Source of the DNA: an uncultured virus (IMG/VR IMGVR_UViG_3300027278_000006) | Taxonomy: Duplodnaviria; Heunggongvirae; Uroviricota; Caudoviricetes | DNA: 20,000 nucleotides | Strand: one strand, 5' to 3' | Virus record (IMG/VR): IMGVR_UViG_3300027278_000006 | Location: 108,516 to 128,515 of that record | In this document: positions 10,791-17,038 of the stretch, one piece after another | Position numbering within the stretch: position 1 is the stretch's first letter | How the letters are laid out: every line of letters starts with the position of its first letter | Program-made: the position numbers and the translations under genes | Notes under the pieces: model-generated | Told to the model about the DNA's origin: nothing | The model's input: only the letters and a program-made list of their open reading frames with translations | Databases searched by the model: none

Positions 10791-11132
10791 TTAACGATTT
10801 ACTTCTCGAAGATTGTAATTATCAGAATTTAGATATTTTAATAATTCAATTGCAACTAGTCTAGGATTTCCTTCACCACAAGTATAGACATCAATTGCTA
10901 TACAACCATTTTCAGGCCAGGTGTGGCAAGAAACATGACTTTCTGAGAGTGCAATAACAATAGTACATCCTTGAGGAAAAAAACAATGAGAAAAAATATT
11001 CAAAATAGTCATATTTGCACGATTAATACCCTTCTCCATTGTTTCTTGGAGAGATATTACGTCATTTAAGAGGTTAAATTTAACATCATACACCTCCAAA
11101 AGGAGATGAGTTCCCATCGAATGCTGTTTCAA
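10791..11132 (-). CDS. speD: S-adenosylmethionine decarboxylase proenzyme family (pyruvoyl-dependent)
   Basis: G.HLLLE.Y, H.F.PQG.T....LSESH.S.HTWPE.G..AIDVYTCG signature with the ES autocleavage site. Confidence 0.92.
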   Translation of the reverse strand: MKQHSMGTHLLLEVYDVKFNLLNDVISLQETMEKGINRANMTILNIFSHCFFPQGCTIVIALSESHVSCHTWPENGCIAIDVYTCGEGNPRLVAIELLKYLNSDNYNLREVNR

Positions 11133-11153
11133 CTAAATTTTATGTAAAAAAAA

Positions 11154-11160
11154 TATTTAG
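11154..11160 (-). promoter_or_regulatory. Late promoter variant CTAAATA upstream of speD
   Basis: TAAATA core in the short AT-rich gap about 20 nt before the speD start. Confidence 0.55.
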
Positions 11161-11164
11161 TCTA

Positions 11165-11656
11165 TTATCTCCAATGATTATTTGGTCTTTCCCACCAAAA
11201 ATGAAGGTCTACTTTACTATCATCATAGTATAACGAGACAAAATCACTTTTAAATTTACTATGAATATTCTCACATAATGCTACTGTATAGTATTTTTTG
11301 TCAATTATATCCGTAATCCATTTATAATTACCTCCTCTTATAACTCCTGCCTCAATTAAAACAAATTTTTTCCACTGTTTTGACCACTTTAAATAGTTTT
11401 CAATAAAATCTTTACGATATTCGTTTACATTTTCATCCGGAAATGGAACATTAACTGATTCTATATGAAATATTTCTCCATCCATACTTAAAGAATGTGA
11501 AAGATGTTGTGTCACAATTGCGGAATAATCGGGAGAAACCATTAAAAAACAAGTATCGGAAGGATGAATATCAATCTCCGATACTTGAATGAGATAAGTT
11601 ATTTGTTGAATTAGTGCCTTTTCTTTATCTTCAGAAATGAAAAGCAATGGATTCAT
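11165..11656 (-). CDS. Hypothetical protein, possible degenerate phosphoribosyltransferase fold
   Basis: 163 aa, ATGA overlap with the upstream ORF. KKFVLIEAGVIRGGNY resembles the type I PRTase loop (VLIVDDVxxTGxT). Confidence 0.6.
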   Translation of the reverse strand: MNPLLFISEDKEKALIQQITYLIQVSEIDIHPSDTCFLMVSPDYSAIVTQHLSHSLSMDGEIFHIESVNVPFPDENVNEYRKDFIENYLKWSKQWKKFVLIEAGVIRGGNYKWITDIIDKKYYTVALCENIHSKFKSDFVSLYYDDSKVDLHFWWERPNNHWR

Positions 11657-11805
11657 TTTTTACCTTGTCCCCTGTATTTCTTACGAGCTTTATTACGAGA
11701 AGATGCCGCATACTTAGTATGAGCACCACAACCTTGCTTAGTTTTCTTGGGGAGAGATTCAATTACTTGCTTCCCACCACCACCTGATGATTTTTTAATT
11801 GCCAT
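11653..11805 (-). CDS. Small very basic protein, 50 aa, ending RNKARKKYRGQGKK
   Basis: Translated by hand. AGGAG SD. Coupled on both sides (TAATG and ATGA overlaps). Confidence 0.8.
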   Translation of the reverse strand: MAIKKSSGGGGKQVIESLPKKTKQGCGAHTKYAASSRNKARKKYRGQGKK

Positions 11806-11969
11806 TAATTTTCTCCTATAATTTCAGTTTCAATTTCATTTGGATTTGGAGAACCCGTCTGATAAAATTGTACGGACAGATCCTCCATAGTATTGAAGTA
11901 TTCTTCTTCTGTAAGATTAGAATAAATTTTACGACCCTTACAGATTATATTGTAAGATTCGTTAGTCAT
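11805..11969 (-). CDS. Small acidic hypothetical protein, 54 aa (MTNESYNIICKGRKIYSNLTEEEYF...)
   Basis: Translated by hand. TGATG overlap with the GT-like gene and TAATG overlap with the next gene. Confidence 0.75.
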   Translation of the reverse strand: MTNESYNIICKGRKIYSNLTEEEYFNTMEDLSVQFYQTGSPNPNEIETEIIGEN

Positions 11970-12727
11970 CAAATTACTCTTGTCTTTTCGTGACCGACTC
12001 TAATACGAGGGTCGCACCAAATCTCAAATCCTGCTTCTTTTGCATCCAAACAGAATGATACATCTTCTCCACACATATCCTGAACTTCTCCAGATTCAAA
12101 GACTTGCATCTTTGGTGCAAACCATGGATATGTCATCTCCGAGTGCTCGAAGACTCCTTTCTTAATCAGTAACCAACCAAATCCTGCATAATCAACTGTG
12201 AATGGTTTGCGACGCTTGGAGATGCTATCGACGGTCTCATGATTCATGACTCCACCATTATTGCGGAAATCATCTTCTTCCATCCAGTGTGCCACTGAGG
12301 TTGTATGCCCGTCTTCGGTTGCATACCATCCAGATGCAATATCTTTGTCCATAAGAACTAATTGCCAAAACTTTTCACTATTGAAGACAATATCAGAGTC
12401 AATCCAAAGTTGCCAATCATAATTGAGTTTTCCATCCCAGGGAAGTTGATTTGGACCTCTGAGTACATTCGCACCCAAACATTTGCATCGTGCAAAGTTT
12501 ACCATGGATGAATAGTCTTGTGAGATTTGAATGCTTGCACCGTTCTGTACAAGATCAAAGCACAATTGAACAAAACTTTTCAGATATGTATAGGAGACTC
12601 CTCTTCCGGGAAGACAAAAGACAATTGATTTGCCTCGTACCATTTCCCTTGCTAGATCGTAATCCCATTCTAATTCTTTATTTGCTGCTACGGGGGCAGA
12701 TGCTTTAACGGTAAATCCTTTAGCCAT
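11969..12727 (-). CDS. Glycosyltransferase family 2-like (GT-A fold) protein
   Basis: 252 aa. WQLWIDSDIVF (DxD motif), AGFGWLLIKKGVFE and GEDVSFC...GFEIWCDP...VGH motifs typical of GT-A proteins. Confidence 0.75.
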   Translation of the reverse strand: MAKGFTVKASAPVAANKELEWDYDLAREMVRGKSIVFCLPGRGVSYTYLKSFVQLCFDLVQNGASIQISQDYSSMVNFARCKCLGANVLRGPNQLPWDGKLNYDWQLWIDSDIVFNSEKFWQLVLMDKDIASGWYATEDGHTTSVAHWMEEDDFRNNGGVMNHETVDSISKRRKPFTVDYAGFGWLLIKKGVFEHSEMTYPWFAPKMQVFESGEVQDMCGEDVSFCLDAKEAGFEIWCDPRIRVGHEKTRVI

Positions 12728-12749
12728 AATAGTAAGTAGTTACTTCAGT

Positions 12750-12778
12750 ATCATACAACATTATATATCAGTTGTCAA
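12750..12778 (-). promoter_or_regulatory. Sigma70-type promoter TTGACA-17-TATGAT
   Basis: Perfect -35 (12773-12778), 17-nt spacer, -10 TATGAT (12750-12755), 22 nt upstream of the GT-like ATG. Confidence 0.8.
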
Positions 12779-12949
12779 TCAATCGTTTTCGGAAAGAATC
12801 ACATCTTTACCATCCAATAAAAACTTGACTTCGGTATCTTCATACCAAGAAAGTTCGTTCATAATTTGTTCGGGGATTATTAAAAAATATTGCCCGGTAA
12901 TTGGATCAACTTGTATGGACTCGAAAATTTCCTCGGAATTTTTTTTCAT
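12779..12949 (-). CDS. AbrB/MazE-like small DNA-binding protein, 56 aa
   Basis: Translated by hand: MKKNSEEIFESIQVDPITGQYFLIIPEQIMNELSWYEDTEVKFLLDGKDVILSEND. The G..hhhIP..h...L.W.....h.h......h.L pattern fits the swapped-hairpin barrel fold. Confidence 0.65.
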   Translation of the reverse strand: MKKNSEEIFESIQVDPITGQYFLIIPEQIMNELSWYEDTEVKFLLDGKDVILSEND

Positions 12950-13157
12950 TTTCGTGTTTATAAAACTTTATTTTATTTTTTATATAGCGAAAAATTTTTT
13001 TATGTTTGGTGTTTATACATCTCTCGCTTCCGTAACACTTTGTAGGTTAGGGTAGTTAGGCGTTTTTATATACGGGGCGGCGGGGGGTCGGCACCGCGCC
13101 ATGGGCACTGTCCCCACACGAACGACCAGACTGCCCCGGCACGAACGACCAACCCGC

Positions 13158-13424
13158 TCAGAAGCGGGCAGCGAGCGGGGAGTGACCCACCCCATTCAGG
13201 CGGCGGTCACGGGCAGCGGCAATTCGGTCTGCCTTTGCCTGAGCGGCGAAGCGTTGGGCGTTGGTGGTCTTGTCTCCGACCCACTGCCGACCCAGACCGG
13301 TTACGGGGGTCAGGGTCATGCCACGCCCCGAACCGTTGGCAGAGTTGACTGCCATAGAGGCACGAACGCCATCGGCGCCGGAACCCAGATGACCGATGGC
13401 GGTGTGTTGGTTGTGAAGTGCCAT
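13158..13424 (-). CDS. Early hypothetical protein, 88 aa (MALHNQHTAIG...)
   Basis: Start re-assigned to the ATG just downstream of the promoter module at 13451-13459. Confidence 0.65.
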   Translation of the reverse strand: MALHNQHTAIGHLGSGADGVRASMAVNSANGSGRGMTLTPVTGLGRQWVGDKTTNAQRFAAQAKADRIAAARDRRLNGVGHSPLAARF

Positions 13425-13503
13425 GATGGGGGGGGGTGTGAACTGAGTGAATTGTAGCACGAATGGGGTCAGAACCCCAACCAGACCAGGAACGACCAGA
13501 GGG

Positions 13504-13716
13504 TCACCCCAGAGCATAACGGTTCAACCACTGCCCAACGCTCTGCTGCGGATTGAGCAGGCGGAGCATATCACGGCGGCGGACGGTATGGGTGCTGAGG
13601 TGACCCGACCGCCAGAAGACGGTGATATTGCGCTTCCGGAAGCGAAGGCGGAGTTCAGAGCAGGCGCTGCTCGGTACGTCCTGCCAGATGATGACGGTGT
13701 AGAGGGGGTTACGCAT
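13504..13716 (-). CDS. KTSC-domain-like protein, 70 aa
   Basis: VPSSACSEL......ITVFWRSG....H.V.......L....SVGQWLN matches the spacing of the KTSC pattern SS.I......L.V.F.SG..Y.Y..V......L....S.G.ffN. Confidence 0.6.
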   Translation of the reverse strand: MRNPLYTVIIWQDVPSSACSELRLRFRKRNITVFWRSGHLSTHTVRRRDMLRLLNPQQSVGQWLNRYALG

Positions 13717-13791
13717 GAGGGTCGGTTGCTTGTGAACTGAGAGAATCATACCACGAATCGGGGGCAGGGAACGAACCCCACCCCCACGAAC

Positions 13792-14037
13792 TCACCCCAA
13801 CCAGGTCAGGCGCTTTGCTTCGGGGTTACAGTAGAACTGATGACCCGGACCCTGCCAACCCACGAACGGGGTGTGAAGGTCTGCCAACTCAACGGCGGAT
13901 AGACCATCGGACTCCATGGAGCGACCCAGCACATCATCACGGTGGGAGTTGAGTTGCGGGCGACCCTTGGAAACGTTGCGGGAGACCCATACGGTCTGGC
14001 GGGTCTGAAGGTCGGTTGCTGGAGAGAAGAGTGCCAT
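13792..14037 (-). CDS. Early hypothetical protein, 81 aa (MALFSPATDLQTRQTVWV...)
   Basis: Start re-assigned to the ATG after the promoter module at 14066-14074. Confidence 0.7.
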   Translation of the reverse strand: MALFSPATDLQTRQTVWVSRNVSKGRPQLNSHRDDVLGRSMESDGLSAVELADLHTPFVGWQGPGHQFYCNPEAKRLTWLG

Positions 14038-14084
14038 CGGTGTTGGTTGGTTTGGAACTGAGAGAATCATAGCATGGAATGGGG

Positions 14085-14249
14085 TCAGAGGGAAACCCAC
14101 CCCTGCTTAATGCGGCGCTCAAGGTGGCGGGCAGCAAGGTCCTCTTTACGGGTCATCGCTGCCTGACCGGGACGGGGACCACGGCGGGGCAGGCGGGTGA
14201 CCTTGAATTCTCCGGAGGCAATGGCAGCGGTCAGTTCGGCAGAGGTCAT
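14085..14249 (-). CDS. Early basic hypothetical protein, 54 aa (MTSAELTAAIASGEFKVTRLPRRGPRPG...)
   Basis: Translated by hand. Sits exactly between two promoter modules. Confidence 0.7.
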   Translation of the reverse strand: MTSAELTAAIASGEFKVTRLPRRGPRPGQAAMTRKEDLAARHLERRIKQGWVSL

Positions 14250-14295
14250 CGGGGTCGGTGTCGGTGGAACTGATAGTATTGTAGCAGATCAGGGG

Positions 14296-14526
14296 TCAGG
14301 CAGCAGTCAGAACCCGTCCGACCCGCAAATCATAAACCTTAGGGGTTTTGGTGACCTGATCGGGTCCGACCTGCTCAACGGTTGCCCGCTTGATATTGAT
14401 TCCGTTGGAGGGGTTGCCCAACAGACGATATCCCATCTGAGGGGAAACGCCCTCGGGGAAGCGGACGAACTGAACCATAGGAGTGACCTTGTTTCGGCGG
14501 GAGAAGCGGGTAACCTTGAGGATCAT
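14296..14526 (-). CDS. Early hypothetical protein, 76 aa (MILKVTRFSRRNKV...)
   Basis: Start re-assigned to the ATG after the promoter module at 14550-14558. Confidence 0.7.
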   Translation of the reverse strand: MILKVTRFSRRNKVTPMVQFVRFPEGVSPQMGYRLLGNPSNGINIKRATVEQVGPDQVTKTPKVYDLRVGRVLTAA

Positions 14527-14560
14527 CGGGATTGGTTGCGGTTGATAGTATTGTAGCAGG

Positions 14561-14713
14561 TCAGCGGGGCAATGGGGGGCAGTCCAGCGAACCGCTACGG
14601 TGGCAGATTTCCGCCTGCTCCGCTTCCAGTGTGGCGCCGATGGTGGAGAGGGCAGCGTTGCCAATCATCAGGCAGAGGGCACAGAATCCGATGGGGAACA
14701 GAGCGCGGGTCAT
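14561..14713 (-). CDS. Small membrane-anchored/secreted protein, 50 aa (MTRALFPIGFCALCLMIGNAALSTIG...)
   Basis: Translated by hand. Hydrophobic N-terminal segment. Lies between two promoter modules. Confidence 0.65.
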   Translation of the reverse strand: MTRALFPIGFCALCLMIGNAALSTIGATLEAEQAEICHRSGSLDCPPLPR

Positions 14714-14763
14714 TCGGGTCGGTTGCGGTTGATAGTATTGTAGCAGGTCGGGGGCAGGACCCC

Positions 14764-14943
14764 TCAGATTCCGTTGAGGAAGTCTGCCAGTGCCTCATCG
14801 TATTCTGCTTTGGTTTGGAAGGTCCGCCCGTGGATGGTTCGGGGATACGTGGCATCCAAACCAGCGGCAGCAACGTTCCGGCAGTCCTGCTCATCGTATC
14901 CCATTTCAATCAGGGTTGCGACGTAGGGGTTGAAGGCGGTCAT
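14764..14943 (-). CDS. Early hypothetical protein, 59 aa (MTAFNPYVATLIEMGYDEQDCRNVA...)
   Basis: Translated by hand. Follows the CATACCAAAC leader and TAGACT -10 at 14971-14976. Confidence 0.75.
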   Translation of the reverse strand: MTAFNPYVATLIEMGYDEQDCRNVAAAGLDATYPRTIHGRTFQTKAEYDEALADFLNGI

Positions 14944-15033
14944 TTGGTCTCGGTTCGTTTGGTATGCTTTAGTCTACAGGGTCAGGGGTCCCGGTCCCGG
15001 TGACCCGGTGCCAGTCTGGCAATTGGTTAGGTA

Positions 15034-15183
15034 TCAGAACTGAATCTCACTTAGAGTAGGATTAGCAGCGGAATCAGGACTGACACTATCAGAAACCCCA
15101 TCAACAATTGAATCAAGAATCTGGAGAATTTGCTCACCATTGGAACCCTTAGCAAGGAGTGAGAGGAGGACATCGCGGGACAT
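15034..15183 (-). CDS. Small hypothetical protein, 49 aa (MSRDVLLSLLAKGSNGEQILQILDSIVDG...)
   Basis: Translated by hand. Amphipathic, protein-like composition. Preferred over the overlapping track ORF 15051-15233. Confidence 0.7.
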   Translation of the reverse strand: MSRDVLLSLLAKGSNGEQILQILDSIVDGVSDSVSPDSAANPTLSEIQF

Positions 15184-15213
15184 AATGTAGAAAGAAAAAT
15201 GTTAATGAAAGTG

Positions 15214-15245
15214 TGGGAGAAGTTTAGAGTCATTCTCCCAGGACT
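15214..15245 (-). ncRNA. Putative H-type RNA pseudoknot in an intergenic leader
   Basis: AGUC-C-UGGGAGAA-U-GACU-CUAAAC-UUCUCCCA: two interleaved perfect stems of 4 and 8 bp. Confidence 0.6.
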
Positions 15246-15251
15246 TGAGAT

Positions 15252-15512
15252 TTAGAAGTCGAAAATGTCGCCGTTGATTTCTGCGCGGTTGACTTTAGGG
15301 TCAGTCCATTTCACACCGTCGCGGGTCTCTTTGGCACCACAATCATACATCAATTCAAGCAGTTCTTCATAGCAGCAGATATCACGTTCTGCGATAGCAT
15401 CCTGAACGCAAGCATCATTCTGAATCCAGAGAGCTACGTTCCAGGTTTCATAATTGGTCCAACCGTTATAAGTTTGGTCGGTCAGGCAGGTCTGGTAGGT
15501 GGTGACGGTCAT
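15252..15512 (-). CDS. Phage hypothetical protein with YNGWTNYETWNVALW motif, 86 aa
   Basis: Start re-assigned to the ATG after the class II leader. The Trp-rich motif is recognisable from phage early genes. Confidence 0.8.
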   Translation of the reverse strand: MTVTTYQTCLTDQTYNGWTNYETWNVALWIQNDACVQDAIAERDICCYEELLELMYDCGAKETRDGVKWTDPKVNRAEINGDIFDF

Positions 15513-15586
15513 TTGCTTGGGTTGTTTGGTATGAATCAATTATAAGGGGTGGAGAGGGTGCCAGGGGCACCCGATGTGCCAGTGCC

Positions 15587-15784
15587 TCAGGCGGCACACA
15601 GCAGTGCCGATTCCATATTCACCTCCCGAACATCCATCTTGGAGTAATCATAACCCTCCTGCTCCTCAAGATACACAAGGTATGCATTTGCAGTGGAGAA
15701 GCAGTCAAACAAGCGGAGCGATTTGAAGTCCTCACCTTCATAATCAAAACCACCGATGACAGCGTAGACTTTAGTGATTTGCAT
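15587..15784 (-). CDS. Early hypothetical protein, 65 aa (MQITKVYAVIGGFDYEGEDF...)
   Basis: Start re-assigned to the ATG after the class II leader. Confidence 0.8.
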   Translation of the reverse strand: MQITKVYAVIGGFDYEGEDFKSLRLFDCFSTANAYLVYLEEQEGYDYSKMDVREVNMESALLCAA

Positions 15785-15865
15785 TTGCTTGGGTTGCGTG
15801 GTATGAATCAATTATAAGGGGTGGAGAGGGGTCCTGGGAGACCCCGTGTGCCACTAGGGCAACTG

Positions 15866-16060
15866 TCACATCCAACCGCAGCGGGGGCAGGCAGGATGAC
15901 CATTACAACCGCAGCGGGGCAGGGTGAGAATACCTATCAGGGTGTTGAGGTTACGCTCATCAGCGGTGCCTGCCTTACGGTCTGCCTCAGCGATGGCAGC
16001 GGCAGCGATGGCACGGGACTGGGCGGCACGGTCCTGAGCGGTGATGGCGTTGCGGGTCAT
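15866..16060 (-). CDS. Small protein with Cys/His-rich C-terminus, 64 aa
   Basis: Ala-rich helix followed by CGCNGHPACPRC. Follows a class II leader. Confidence 0.7.
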   Translation of the reverse strand: MTRNAITAQDRAAQSRAIAAAAIAEADRKAGTADERNLNTLIGILTLPRCGCNGHPACPRCGWM

Positions 16061-16131
16061 TCGGGTCGGTTCGTTTGGTATGAATCAATTATAAGGGGTC
16101 AGAGGGGGCATCAGGTGCCCCCTGTGTGCCA

Positions 16132-16299
16132 CTACTGAAGGTGGGCGAACTGTGCCAGCGATGAGGGGCAGATGTGGGAGGGTGACCCGCAGGAGCGGTA
16201 GAAGTCTACCATCCGCTCCGCTTCGGGAAGGGTGGGGAACCACTGGGAGCGCCACTCGGTCTGGTTGTAGGGGGTCTGGTAGCGGACTTCGATTCGCAT
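16132..16299 (-). CDS. Early hypothetical protein, 55 aa (MRIEVRYQTPYNQTEWRSQWF...FYRSCGSP)
   Basis: Translated by hand. Sits between two class II modules. Confidence 0.75.
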   Translation of the reverse strand: MRIEVRYQTPYNQTEWRSQWFPTLPEAERMVDFYRSCGSPSHICPSSLAQFAHLQ

Positions 16300-16379
16300 C
16301 GGTTGGGTTGTTTGGTATGAATCAATTATAAGGGGTCGGAGGGTGCCAGCGGACCCCCAGTGTGCCAGCGGTCAGACTG

Positions 16380-16964
16380 TCACAGGACCTCCTTCCCGAA
16401 CTTGCCACAGAGGTAAAATGCCATACCCTTATCTTTGAGGGTGCAATTTGCAAAGGTCAGAGGAACATAGCGACCGTTAGTTTTAGATGCTTTGGTGCGG
16501 ATTTGCAGCAGTCCGTTAGGTCCGGTGATAGTGTTGAGTATACTGCCAGAGTCAAATGAACTGCGGATGGTATCACAAATGAAGGTGTAATCCTCTGCCA
16601 GTTCCTGATAGTGCTCAGGGTGAGTCTCAGGATTCAGAACCTCAGTACCCACATAATCATTGGCACGGGTGAAACCAACGTAGATGGTCTGAGATAGTTT
16701 TTCTCCTACCTTACTATCAGTGAAACTAACACCGTCTTCGATGATTTCAGAGAGGCAGTGCTTCAACTGTGTGACGGCGATAGACTCACCAACTGTGAAA
16801 GTCTTAAGTTCACCGTCCACCAAATCTTTCAGGTTGGAACTGTTAGGAATGCCAAGGGCAGTTTCAATCAGTTGCCCACGCGAACCTTTGTTTTTACCGG
16901 GTTTGGCAAATGCATCAAAGTTGGTGACCTTGAGTTGAGCGGCGACTTGGAGAGTGTTGAGCAT
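16380..16964 (-). CDS. MutH/Sau3AI-like PD-(D/E)XK endonuclease
   Basis: NKGSRGQLIETALG...DLVDGELKT, LQIRTKA and AFYL...F...VL parallel MutH motifs DKG..G.LLE..LG...D....ELKT, LQ.RPKA and GFYL...F...LL. Confidence 0.8.
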   Translation of the reverse strand: MLNTLQVAAQLKVTNFDAFAKPGKNKGSRGQLIETALGIPNSSNLKDLVDGELKTFTVGESIAVTQLKHCLSEIIEDGVSFTDSKVGEKLSQTIYVGFTRANDYVGTEVLNPETHPEHYQELAEDYTFICDTIRSSFDSGSILNTITGPNGLLQIRTKASKTNGRYVPLTFANCTLKDKGMAFYLCGKFGKEVL

Positions 16965-17038
16965 CGGGTGGGTTGCTTATGAATCAATTATAAGGGGTCA
17001 GAGGGGGGAAGGTCAACCCCCCGAACCATCAGTGTTGC

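Larger units (their letters stand above)
13451..14745 (-). repeat. Class I early promoter repeat, 6 copies: extended -10 TGnTAYRAT plus conserved leader
   Basis: TGCTACAAT at 13451, 14278, 14550, 14737; TGGTATGAT at 13745; TGCTATGAT at 14066. Each is followed by TCAGTTC or TCAACCGC and then an ATG 23-29 nt after the -10. 14534-14562 and 14721-14749 are identical over 29 nt. Confidence 0.85.

Noticed and set aside
13043..13060. Telomere-like TTAGGG repeat
   Set aside because: Only one exact unit plus degenerate neighbours, too short to call.
15051..15233. Track ORF of 60 aa (MTLNFSHTF...)
   Set aside because: Starts inside the pseudoknot and overlaps the more plausible 49-aa ORF in another frame.
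15214..15245. Pistol or HDV-like ribozyme
   Set aside because: Only the pseudoknot and A-rich linker are present. The additional stems and catalytic-core residues are not visible.
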